Notes under the pieces: model-generated
Databases searched by the model: none
Told to the model about the DNA's origin: nothing
Seen by the model: the letters and a program-made list of their open reading frames with translations, nothing else
Program-made: the position numbers and the translations under genes
Shown here: positions 55,660 to 63,929 of the stretch, one piece after another
How the letters are laid out: the number at the start of each line of letters is the position of its first letter
Position numbering within the stretch: position 1 is the stretch's first letter
Source of the DNA: a virus
Reading direction: 5' to 3' (one strand)
IMG/VR virus record: IMGVR_UViG_3300012944_000024
Span: 34,408-98,407 of that record
Length of the DNA: 64,000 nucleotides

Positions 55660-56081
55660 TCGCGTGGATAGGAGATTGGATCCTGCCCGGGGGCGATCGG
55701 CTTCGTGTTCGGGTCGCGCAGATCACGAGCGGCCAGCCGGAGCAAGCGCCGCAGCTCGTCCATCCCATGACGTGCGCCGTCGAGGTCGATGCTTCCCGCG
55801 TAGGTCTTCGTCGCCACCCACGTGAGCGACCCCGCCATCCACCTCGGGGGTAGCTGCTGGAGGCGGTCGAGGCGGTCGAAGATCGGCAGACGGAGCACGA
55901 CGTCGAACGAGCCGATTCCGTTGTGGGCGTGGTCATCCCAGACGGAATCGAGCACCCGTCGCACCTCACTACTCGCTCGCATCCCGGACGGATCGCGGCC
56001 GAATGGGTTGACCCCTTCCCACGTGAGCGCCTCGCGCAGCACTTCTGGGCCGTGCTGGGACAGCCGGACGTAGCTACTCAC
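55656..56081 (-). CDS. Hypothetical protein
   Basis: Coupled to the terL start (ATGA). Confidence 0.6.
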   Translation of the reverse strand: MSSYVRLSQHGPEVLREALTWEGVNPFGRDPSGMRASSEVRRVLDSVWDDHAHNGIGSFDVVLRLPIFDRLDRLQQLPPRWMAGSLTWVATKTYAGSIDLDGARHGMDELRRLLRLAARDLRDPNTKPIAPGQDPISYPRE

Positions 56082-56503
56082 GACGCGGCCGCGGCGATGA
56101 CGGCGAACTGACTTTGCACGAGCGCGCGGAACGCGGCCTCGGTGATCGTCGGGTCGACGGTGAAGGTGAGCGCGAGGGGGGAGGAGGAGATCGAGAGCAG
56201 CACGCGCACGTGCGCGATCGTGTCCTTGCCGGCGCCGCGCAGCAGCGGGCCGGGGGCGAGCTGGCCCGTCACGCGCCAGAACGGCAGCGTGGGCTCGGGC
56301 TGGTTGAAGCTAGGCGCGCCGGTCGGGTAGGTGGCGTCCACGATCGCCTTGAGCGCAGCGAGCCTAGCCTGGTCGGTGATTGATTGCTGGAGCGGGACCT
56401 CCCCCTGCACGAACGGGTACACCCCGTTGGGGGTGCCTGAGAGCCAGTAGCGCATCACGCGCAGCCGGTCGGCGTTGTCGGGCGCGCCTGTGGTCGGGTC
56501 CAT
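56078..56503 (-). CDS. Hypothetical protein
   Basis: ATG 56503 with AAGGACGAG upstream; alternative start 56557. Confidence 0.6.
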   Translation of the reverse strand: MDPTTGAPDNADRLRVMRYWLSGTPNGVYPFVQGEVPLQQSITDQARLAALKAIVDATYPTGAPSFNQPEPTLPFWRVTGQLAPGPLLRGAGKDTIAHVRVLLSISSSPLALTFTVDPTITEAAFRALVQSQFAVIAAAAS

Positions 56504-56518
56504 CTCACTCGTCCTTCT

Positions 56519-56534
56519 GGGAACCCGGGTTCCC
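56519..56534. repeat. Palindrome A (copy 12)
   Basis: Exact; 19 nt after the stop of 56554-57198. Confidence 0.98.
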
Positions 56535-56553
56535 AACGTCGTGGATCGGGTCG

Positions 56554-57198
56554 TCACTCACCGGCCATCTCCACCACCTGCGATGCCGCGGCGAGCCGCT
56601 TGCGCTCCCTCGCGCGCTCGAGCAGCCCCTGCGTCCGCTCGGGCGTCAGCGTCGAGAGGACCGCCATCAGCGATTCCTTGAGCGCGTGCTCGACGATCAC
56701 TTTTTGCGGGGCCCGTGTGCCCTCGATGTCTGCGAGCAGCTCCTCACACCGCACGTACTGGGGAGGGGGGAGGAGCTCCTCCACCACTTCCTTCTCGACC
56801 ATCGTGCCCGTGTTTGGATCGCGTACGCGACGCTTGACCGTCTTGTAGCGCGGGGTCTTGAACTTCTCGATCGCGTCGTGCAGACGCGCGATCGTCACCG
56901 CCCGCGCGTAGGGCTTGCGCGCGTCCGCCTCCGTCTTGAGCGACTCGTGCACCTTGGCGATGAGGCTGCGCGTCGCGATCGCCCCGATCCCCAGCTCCCC
57001 GCGCGCGATGCGCACGATGAGCGCGTCGGTGTAGCCGCGCGTCAATAGACGGAAGACCTCGGCGAGCCGGTTCTCGTCCTCGGTCGGGGTGAGGTCGATC
57101 TGCGCGATCACGGCGCGCTCCTCGGGCGTCACGGGGCGGGTGATCCTGGCGGGGACGCCTACTTTCGGAGGGAACGAGCCGCTGCGTCGGCGAGCCAT
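56554..57198 (-). CDS. Possible terminase small subunit
   Basis: HTH-like N-terminal half, helical core, near terL; inferred from position. Confidence 0.4.
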   Translation of the reverse strand: MARRRSGSFPPKVGVPARITRPVTPEERAVIAQIDLTPTEDENRLAEVFRLLTRGYTDALIVRIARGELGIGAIATRSLIAKVHESLKTEADARKPYARAVTIARLHDAIEKFKTPRYKTVKRRVRDPNTGTMVEKEVVEELLPPPQYVRCEELLADIEGTRAPQKVIVEHALKESLMAVLSTLTPERTQGLLERARERKRLAAASQVVEMAGE

Positions 57199-57206
57199 TG
57201 GATGCC

Positions 57207-57473
57207 TCAACGTAGGCCATCTGGATGGGTCGTTGTCAAACCGCCGGAGCAACTGGCGGCGAGCGGGATGAGACACTCGGCGAAGGCCAGCGGGGTGCGT
57301 GACGCTTCTCGCTTGCCAAGGGTGGGCCTTACGCGGTCAAACCATCCACACTGATGTGTGCCCGGTTCGCGGGCGTCGCGTGCCTTGTCCCAGCAGTCGG
57401 CCAGCAGCTTCTGGTACGGCCCGCGCGGGTCGACGTAGAGCGCGCTTACGTCGGTGCGTAGAGGCGATCTCAT
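57207..57473 (-). pseudogene. Probable internally deleted phage methyltransferase-like gene
   Basis: Retains VSALYV...DCWD..RDAR and ...TPLAFAE.L..LA termini that I recall from a longer phage family; the central HPPC region is absent. Confidence 0.4.
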
Positions 57474-57476
57474 GGG

Positions 57477-57872
57477 TCAATCCGGCAGCGCCTCGTACGC
57501 GTCGAGGATGGCCTGGGCGACCGCCTCCCGCTTGCTGCCGTCGCGCTCGACCAGGGCGTCCAGGCACCGCGCCTCGGTCGCGTCGAGGTAGACCTGGACC
57601 AGCACGCGCCCGGCCGCCCGCTGCTGCGCGTGCGACCGGGACGGCCCGCTCGGTCCGCTCCGCCCCTCCTCGAGCACGTGGAGGCGCACCCCGGCCCACT
57701 CGATCAGTCGGTGGCGCGAGGAGATGCGCTCGACGAGCTTGGTGCGCCCGACCCCGAGGCCGTAGACCCTCTGCGCCGCCTTGCGGATCGCGGCGCCCAC
57801 GGTCACGGCCCGGACGTCGATCGCGCCCCTCTCGGTGTCGCCGTCGCGGTAGACGCGGATGGTGGCGGTCAC
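57477..57872 (-). CDS. Protein with C-terminal ribbon-helix-helix-like DNA-binding motif
   Basis: VLVQVYLD.....LDAL...GSKREAV..AI. Confidence 0.5.
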   Translation of the reverse strand: MTATIRVYRDGDTERGAIDVRAVTVGAAIRKAAQRVYGLGVGRTKLVERISSRHRLIEWAGVRLHVLEEGRSGPSGPSRSHAQQRAAGRVLVQVYLDATEARCLDALVERDGSKREAVAQAILDAYEALPD

Positions 57873-58394
57873 GCGTCTTCTCGCGGCCTGAGCGGACAGG
57901 CTCGCTGGTGGTCTCGGGTCGTCCCGTCGCACCATGAGCAGGGGCGGGCCACAAACAGGCCGGGTGGACCCTCCCCCTTTTTGGCGCGACGGAGCTCGAC
58001 CTGGACCATCCCCGTCGTGAGCAGCACGGCAACGACGCCGACAGGCACCATGGCTTGTGCTTCACCTCCGCGGCTGGGGCGGACGGAAACTGCTGCGTCG
58101 GGACCGGAACGAACGTGGCCGTGTTGGGCTCTGGCTGGACTGAGTCGGGTTTGGTCATGCTCGCATTTCCTGTCGCTGGGTCACGTTCATCCCGTTGCAC
58201 TGGTGACAGAAGAGGGCGTCGTGGTGCGAGCACACGCATCCGGCCTCGACGAACGCCAGCGCGTCCTTCTTGCGCTGGAATCGCCAACGCTCTCCGCTAA
58301 GCGTGTTGACGTACCACGTCGGGGTCGTGGATAGACGACCGCGTCGGATGTGACTGGGCTCGTACACCTTCTCGATGGGTCCAACGGCGGCCAT

Positions 58395-59648
58395 CTATGT
58401 CTTCTCCTTCTTCCCCGCCTCGTCGGCGCTTGGCCCATGCAGAGGGCACTCGTCGCTGTAGCCGCCGAGCATGCACTGGCAGCCCGGCGCGCCTACGCCA
58501 AGCACCGTCGCGGTCGTCTGCTTGTCGGCCGGCGGATTCAGGCGTGCGCATTCCGCTGGTGAGTCACATGCGTGCAACGGGTTCTTAGCCTTGGAGCACC
58601 AAGGAGCGTGCCTCCACTCCAACGGCTTGCGCCGCGGACAGCCCCGGAAGTGGCGCGCGTGGTCCGCCGCTTGGATGGCGGCGCAGGTGCAGGCTAGCTC
58701 TGAAACGACGGCCGCGACGACGAAGTCCGGCACATACCCGGCATTGGCGAGCGCTATCTCCAGGTCCGTCGCAAACTCCGAGTCCACCGCACGCCGTCGC
58801 TGCGCATAGGTCCAGAGCAGGTCTTGAGCGGTTGGGTCCTTCACTGATAGCGGGACCTTGCCGCGTGGCGTCGTCGGGTATTTGTCTGACTGGAACTGGC
58901 CGTCTATGAGATGCGGATGCTGCGCCTTCTCCCTCGGCGTATCCGCGACGGGCTTGCAGTTGCACTTACCAGGTCCACCACGTTCGCGCTTCGTGAGGCA
59001 CCAGCCCTGATGGTATTCGCCAACGAATCGAATCTCGGCTCCTGGGCACTCGTCGTTCGCATCCTGCACGAGCGGCTCCTGAGCGACGGGCGGTGATGCG
59101 GCGAGGGCCCGAATGCGGGACGCGAGTTCGTCCGCGGTCTCGCACGCGTACTCCTGCGAGAGCCGATCGCCTTCGCGCCCGTAGTCGTCGCAGACCTTGG
59201 CCGCTTGCTCGTACGCGTCCCACACCTTCACCTCGGCGGCGGCAAGGGCGGCGTGGAGATCGTCGCCACCTTCGATCATGCAGGCCATGTCCACCTGGAG
59301 TTGGGCCACGTGCGCTTCGGCGGCGGCAAGGGCGGCGCGAAGCTCATCGACCGTCGTCGCCCAATGCCTCGTCGCCGCGCGCTCGACACGGTGGCGAATC
59401 TCGGACGACTCCAGCGCGGCGCGGAAGTCGCGAATCGTGAGGTCGCGCGCGGACACCATCGACGAGCATGTGGTGTCGAGTTCGTCGTTCGTCTCGCGCA
59501 GTGCCTCCAGCTCCGCCTTGGCCGCCGCGAGGTCGGCGCGGAGGGTTCGTATCGTCGCGGCGAATTCGACCGAAGCCTCTTCGTGCCCCAGCGTCTTGCG
59601 CTCGTGTTCGTAGCAGGGCATCTGGCCGCATTGCGTGCAGTGGCTCAT
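58395..59648 (-). CDS. Mosaic coiled-coil/Cys-rich hypothetical protein
   Basis: Repeated LRAALAAAE helices and several short Cys/His modules. Confidence 0.6.
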   Translation of the reverse strand: MSHCTQCGQMPCYEHERKTLGHEEASVEFAATIRTLRADLAAAKAELEALRETNDELDTTCSSMVSARDLTIRDFRAALESSEIRHRVERAATRHWATTVDELRAALAAAEAHVAQLQVDMACMIEGGDDLHAALAAAEVKVWDAYEQAAKVCDDYGREGDRLSQEYACETADELASRIRALAASPPVAQEPLVQDANDECPGAEIRFVGEYHQGWCLTKRERGGPGKCNCKPVADTPREKAQHPHLIDGQFQSDKYPTTPRGKVPLSVKDPTAQDLLWTYAQRRRAVDSEFATDLEIALANAGYVPDFVVAAVVSELACTCAAIQAADHARHFRGCPRRKPLEWRHAPWCSKAKNPLHACDSPAECARLNPPADKQTTATVLGVGAPGCQCMLGGYSDECPLHGPSADEAGKKEKT

Positions 59649-59943
59649 GACTTCCACATCGGGCACCGCGTCATCCTGTAGTGATGCATGGCGCCGCAGA
59701 TCCAGCAGCGCCAGTACTCGTCGCTTCTCATGGCTTCTTCTCCTGGCTCCTCGCGCGCAATAGGACATAACGCGTCGCTCATGACTTCGACCTCTTCTTT
59801 CGCCGCGAGCCGCGTGTGACGCCCGCAGAGCTTTCGCTTCTTGGCGCCCATTCCCTCGGCAGCACCGAGGATGAGCCCAAAGACGAGGGCGTTCCCGGGG
59901 GACTCCTTCCTCTCGTCGGCAATGCAGGCAGGGCATCGGGCTC

Positions 59944-60129
59944 TCACGTTTTCTTCTCCTGCCCGCCATCATCCGCGGCGAGGGCCAACCTGGCATCGCG
60001 AATGCGAAGAATGTGGTAGCCGTCCGCATGAGTGAGGCAGGCCCAGCCGACCCATGCTCCACACGTTGGGCATTCGACGGACGTTGCGTCAATCCCTTCG
60101 GGGCTCGGTACGAGCTTCGCCAGCGTCAC
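59944..60129 (-). CDS. Small zinc-finger protein
   Basis: CPTCGA..G.AC...H..R. Confidence 0.6.
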   Translation of the reverse strand: MTLAKLVPSPEGIDATSVECPTCGAWVGWACLTHADGYHILRIRDARLALAADDGGQEKKT

Positions 60130-60502
60130 GTCTTCTTCTCCAATTCATCCGCGGCGAGGGCTGCGCGGGCGGCCTCGTAGCCCTTGCCCTCGCGACCAAT
60201 ATCGCCGAGGGCAGCGACGAGCGGTTAGATGTCGCGGCTCCAGTTCACGCCCTGCGAGCCGATGATGTTGTCCCGGATACCATCGACCTTCGCGGCGAAC
60301 ACCTCCAGCTTCGCCACCCGCGCCTGCGCAGCAGCGAGCGCCGCGAGCAAGACGGGGATGTCGGTGCGAGCTTCGACCTCCGGCCAGTTGCGTCCAGAGA
60401 GAACCTCGGACACGAGCTTCTGGTCTATCTCGAACAGGCGAGCGATGCGGCCCTGGGGAATCGACTTCGCTGCAAGGTAGCGAATCTCAGCGACCTGCTG
60501 TT
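60126..60502 (-). pseudogene. Decayed gene: HTH fragment plus coiled coil, with in-frame TAA at 60225-60227
   Basis: One frame reads EQQVAEIRYL...SGRNW-PEVEARTDIP...NWSRDI*PLVAAL...ELEKKT. Confidence 0.6.
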
Positions 60503-60754
60503 CTCCGGCTTGAGGTCGCGGTGGACGATCCCCACGGCGTGCGCGCGCGAGAGGCCGCGTGCGACGTGGTCGTTGATGGCCGCGTGGGTCTTGGCGGTAC
60601 GCCGATCCCCCTCCTGCTCCTCCACCACCGTGCGCAGCTCGTCGGCTAGGTCGTCGAGGAGCATGGCGAGATCATCATCGCCAACCTCACGCAGCCGCTG
60701 CGACTTGTGGTTGGCGAGCTTGGCGAGCTTGTAGCGCTGCTTGGTATTTCTCAT
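60425..60754 (-). CDS. Small protein containing a Ser/Thr kinase catalytic-loop fragment
   Basis: VARGLSRAHAVGIVHRDLKPEN; no other kinase subdomains. Confidence 0.55.
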   Translation of the reverse strand: MRNTKQRYKLAKLANHKSQRLREVGDDDLAMLLDDLADELRTVVEEQEGDRRTAKTHAAINDHVARGLSRAHAVGIVHRDLKPENSRSLRFATLQRSRFPRAASLACSR

Positions 60755-60828
60755 GATCCCTTCCCTTGCTCCCAAGAGAGCCACAGGGCGGCCTTCGTAT
60801 ACGCCCACCCCATCAACGAGCCACAGCC

Positions 60829-61068
60829 TCATGGCTTCACGTGGGCCCAGTTGGGCTCCCAGACCGCCTCGGCGACGAAGCGCGGCGGCAGGGTCGGGTA
60901 GCGCGGATTCTCAAACACGCGGATCGAGATCTCCCGACCTGGCTGGGGGACCGAGGGGCCCGCGTCAGAGCCGCGCTGCTCGTAGAGGTCGAGGGCGAGC
61001 TGCTTGAGCGCGTGCCAGGGGGTCTCGCCGCCCGCCAGGAGCTGCCGCGTGTCTCGCCTGCCCATCAC
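60829..61068 (-). CDS. Hypothetical protein
   Basis: Coupled small ORF. Confidence 0.5.
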   Translation of the reverse strand: MMGRRDTRQLLAGGETPWHALKQLALDLYEQRGSDAGPSVPQPGREISIRVFENPRYPTLPPRFVAEAVWEPNWAHVKP

Positions 61069-61469
61069 CCCATCCCCTCTCTCGCCACCATGCCGCGCAG
61101 CACCTCGCCCGCCACCGCCGCCTGCAGCGATGCGGTACGGGGCACGATGGTGACTTGGCTCTCACCCGAGGCGTGCGCGCGCAGCACCACCACCGCATCG
61201 GGCTCGAGGCTCGTCCACTGCCGCCACGCCCGCTCGCCGTGCTTGACGAGTTCGGTGAGCTTGGGGTGCACGCTCTCATCCTCGTCGAGCATGTCGAGCG
61301 ACACAAACCCCGCCATCCACCCCTTCGTCTTGAGCGCGCTGTCGGCGAAGACAAGCTTCGGCCGGCGCCCGTGCTTGACGATGAAGGCCAAGCACATCAT
61401 CTCCATGCGATCGTGAAACGTCTTGACGCTCTCGAGCAGCATGGCCTCCACGGTCGGGTCGAGGCTCAT
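61065..61469 (-). CDS. Hypothetical protein
   Basis: Coupled ORF. Confidence 0.6.
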   Translation of the reverse strand: MSLDPTVEAMLLESVKTFHDRMEMMCLAFIVKHGRRPKLVFADSALKTKGWMAGFVSLDMLDEDESVHPKLTELVKHGERAWRQWTSLEPDAVVVLRAHASGESQVTIVPRTASLQAAVAGEVLRGMVAREGMG

Positions 61470-62194
61470 TGGGAACCCGGGTTCCCAGCCGCGTGGATCG
61501 CGAGCCGCACCGCCTCGGTTTCATCGAGCTGCCTCGCGCAGAGCCGCCGCACCTGCTCGGCCAGTGAGCCCTCGAACCCCCGGCACACGTCGACGAGCTC
61601 GCGGAAGACGCCCTGGTAGTGGCGGAGCATCTTGAGCGCGGCGAGCTCACGAGCACGGCGCCTCGCGCTCTTGCCCTCCGCCTTGTTTAGCTTGTCCTGC
61701 ACCTCATCGAGCAGGGCGTCGCACGACTTGACGATCTCCTCCTGCTTCTTGCCCGCTTGCGCGAGCGCGGTCTGGTAGCGCTGCTCGAGCGCCTTCGTAC
61801 CCGCCTGGTAGTGCTCGATGAGCTGCGAGCGCACGAGTTCCACCTTCCCCATCTCCTCGAGCTTCGCGGCGAACTCGACCTCCTGCTCGGAGGTGAAGGT
61901 CGGGTGCTCGAACTGCGCGAGCTGCGCGCGAAACGCTTCAAGCTGCGCGGAGGCCACCTCGAACGGCACCACCGGGAAGGACACGCATGCGCGATCGAGC
62001 GCCGAGGCGGCGCCGAAGAGCTGCGGGACCCGCTTGAGCGCGAGCAGCATGGTCGACGTCTTGGCCGCATGCGTCTTGGCCTGCCGCTCGAGCACCACGA
62101 TGCGCCCCTTGAGCGCCGTGTTCTCGTTCTTCGTGCGACGGTAGTCATCGGCGGCGCGCTCGTCGAACTCTCGCGTCTCATCGCGGGGCATCAC
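61466..62194 (-). CDS. Coiled-coil hypothetical protein
   Basis: E/K/Q-rich helices; ends in palindrome A (AGNPGSQ*). Confidence 0.65.
   Translation of the reverse strand: MMPRDETREFDERAADDYRRTKNENTALKGRIVVLERQAKTHAAKTSTMLLALKRVPQLFGAASALDRACVSFPVVPFEVASAQLEAFRAQLAQFEHPTFTSEQEVEFAAKLEEMGKVELVRSQLIEHYQAGTKALEQRYQTALAQAGKKQEEIVKSCDALLDEVQDKLNKAEGKSARRRARELAALKMLRHYQGVFRELVDVCRGFEGSLAEQVRRLCARQLDETEAVRLAIHAAGNPGSQ
61471..61486. repeat. Palindrome A (copy 13)
   Basis: Exact; in the last codons of 61466-62194, immediately before the next ATG. Confidence 0.98.
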
Positions 62195-62462
62195 GCCCCC
62201 CGCTATGCCTGCTGACCTTCACGCCCATGAAGAAGACGCTCTCGCAGCGCGGCAGGACCGAGCGGGTAATCGAGAAGCGCGCCGAGGGGGCGAGGCCGAG
62301 CTGCTTGATCCCGTTGGGGTCGAGCGACAGGACCCCTTCGGTGAGGATGTCGAAGACCTTGTCGTCGAGGGTGATCTCGCTCGGCCGCCTCCCCACCTCG
62401 CGCTCGAGCGCGTGGATGAACTCCAGCACGCACCGGATCGCCGCGTTGCCCGACGCGCTCAT
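62178..62462 (-). CDS. Hypothetical protein
   Basis: Coupled ORF. Confidence 0.55.
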   Translation of the reverse strand: MSASGNAAIRCVLEFIHALEREVGRRPSEITLDDKVFDILTEGVLSLDPNGIKQLGLAPSARFSITRSVLPRCESVFFMGVKVSRHSGGRDAPR

Positions 62463-62700
62463 CGCCGTCGCCTCGCCTTCTTCTTGGTCGCCTTCTTCTC
62501 GCGAAGCTCCGCCATGATGACGCGCTGGCAGATCCAGGTCGCCACGTCCGATAGGTTGAGCGCGTAGGTGCGGCGGCGCCGCAGCGGCCTCACCTCGATG
62601 ATCCCGCTCGCCCGGTCCACCACCACCGTCCCCTCGCGATACCCGCCCGCGCCGTCGAGCCGGCCGAGCACGCGGAAGCGCGAGACGCTCAACGCGACCC
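62459..62700 (-). CDS. Small basic hypothetical protein (start approximate)
   Basis: SRFRV.GRLDGA...EVRPLRRRRTY. Confidence 0.5.
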
Positions 62701-62705
62701 CGCGT

Positions 62706-62912
62706 TCACGAACCACCTCGCGTCTCGGAGCTCCGGAAGTCGTCCTCGGTGACGTGCAGGATCGCCTGCACCACATCGTCGAGCTCGTGAGCCCCGCAGC
62801 TCAAGTCGCCAAGCGCCTCGCGCAAGAGCTCCGCGTTCTGCCGGAGGATCTTCGCCGCCGCCTCGAGCAGCTCCCTGCGGATCACTCGCACTCCCGGGGG
62901 CGCGCCCATCAC
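62706..62912 (-). CDS. Hypothetical protein
   Basis: Coupled ORF. Confidence 0.5.
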   Translation of the reverse strand: MMGAPPGVRVIRRELLEAAAKILRQNAELLREALGDLSCGAHELDDVVQAILHVTEDDFRSSETRGGS

Positions 62913-63136
62913 GCCACCTGCCCATCGAGCACATCGATCACGGTGGCGATCGCGCCTCGCAGATCGCGTCGGCTGAGCGCTTGGCGCGCGTCGCGCAGTT
63001 GCGCGAGCGCCTCGCGATGCGCCCGCTCCGTCGCCAGCTCAGGGTACTGCGCCGCGAGCCGGTCGTTGAAGGCCCGGTAACTCGCCAGATTGAACGTCGC
63101 CGCCATCCTCGCATCCTCCTCGGGTGCGCTCGGCAC
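62909..63136 (-). CDS. Hypothetical protein
   Basis: GGAGG SD-like sequence before the internal ATG (MAATF), the likely true start. Confidence 0.55.
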   Translation of the reverse strand: MPSAPEEDARMAATFNLASYRAFNDRLAAQYPELATERAHREALAQLRDARQALSRRDLRGAIATVIDVLDGQVA

Positions 63137-63153
63137 CCAAAGCCCACCCTACC

Positions 63154-63179
63154 TAAACCGGACATGCTTGTCCAGTTTA
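63154..63179. promoter_or_regulatory. Operator-like palindrome family B
   Basis: TAAACCGGACATGCTTGTCCAGTTTA in an AT-rich patch upstream of 62909-63136. Confidence 0.6.
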
Positions 63180-63290
63180 TTTGTTCTCAGCAGCGCGCCA
63201 GCAGGAAGCCGACCACCCCGCACCCCATTGCCGTCGCGACCCCGGCGAACCACCCCACCATCGCCGCCTTCCACTCGCCGCGGGTGAGCC

Positions 63291-63848
63291 TCACGGGTGC
63301 TCCTCGCCCCCCTCCAGCTCAAGACCATACGAAACCCATCCCTCGCGGTGCGTGCGCGCGAACAGCTCACACCGCGGGCCCGGGTAGATGCGCTCGACCA
63401 GGTCGTAGAAGGCGTCGGGCTTCTCGGAGTGCTTGCCGACTGGCGCGATCAGGACGGTGCGGATTGTCTTGTCAAGCACGTGCGGGGCGTATCGACCGCG
63501 CGCCGCGACCAAGCAGGTCTCGTGAGCGCCGCGCAGGATCCTCCCCATCCCGAAGTGCAGCTTCCCCCCGCTCGTCGTCTTGACCCAGGCGATCTGGGTC
63601 TTCACCTCGAACCCCCACGCGCGGACGACGTCGAGCGCGCTCTGGGGCTTGGCGGAGACCTGCCAGAAGAAGAGCAGTGCGTCGGCAGCGATCGGTGGGA
63701 GCGGGTAGCGCGCCAGCGCAAGATCGCCAAGCGTCGCGTACTGCCTCACCGCCCCTCGCGTCCCTCCAGGCAACGAGTCGCCGAAGTCCCACGGACAATC
63801 TGCCACAATCACGCGAAAGGGTTCGGTCGGTTTTCTCGTTCGAGCCAT
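63291..63848 (-). CDS. MT-A70 family adenine methyltransferase
   Basis: VIVADCPW, AWGFE.KT..AWVK, HSEKPD, ELFAR..REGW..YG. Confidence 0.9.
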   Translation of the reverse strand: MARTRKPTEPFRVIVADCPWDFGDSLPGGTRGAVRQYATLGDLALARYPLPPIAADALLFFWQVSAKPQSALDVVRAWGFEVKTQIAWVKTTSGGKLHFGMGRILRGAHETCLVAARGRYAPHVLDKTIRTVLIAPVGKHSEKPDAFYDLVERIYPGPRCELFARTHREGWVSYGLELEGGEEHP

Positions 63849-63929
63849 TCGGCGATCCAGTGGAGGGATGGGAGTTTGGCCTGGCACCGGACCGTGCCAG
63901 AACTTGTACGACGTTCGTGCTTTCGGCAG

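Noticed and set aside
60425-60754. Functional protein kinase
   Set aside because: Only about 23 aa of the kinase fold are present.
496-61486. Palindrome A as a CRISPR array, MITE or IS end
   Set aside because: Copies are kilobases apart with no spacer periodicity, no shared flanks or target duplications, and no cas or transposase genes in the window.
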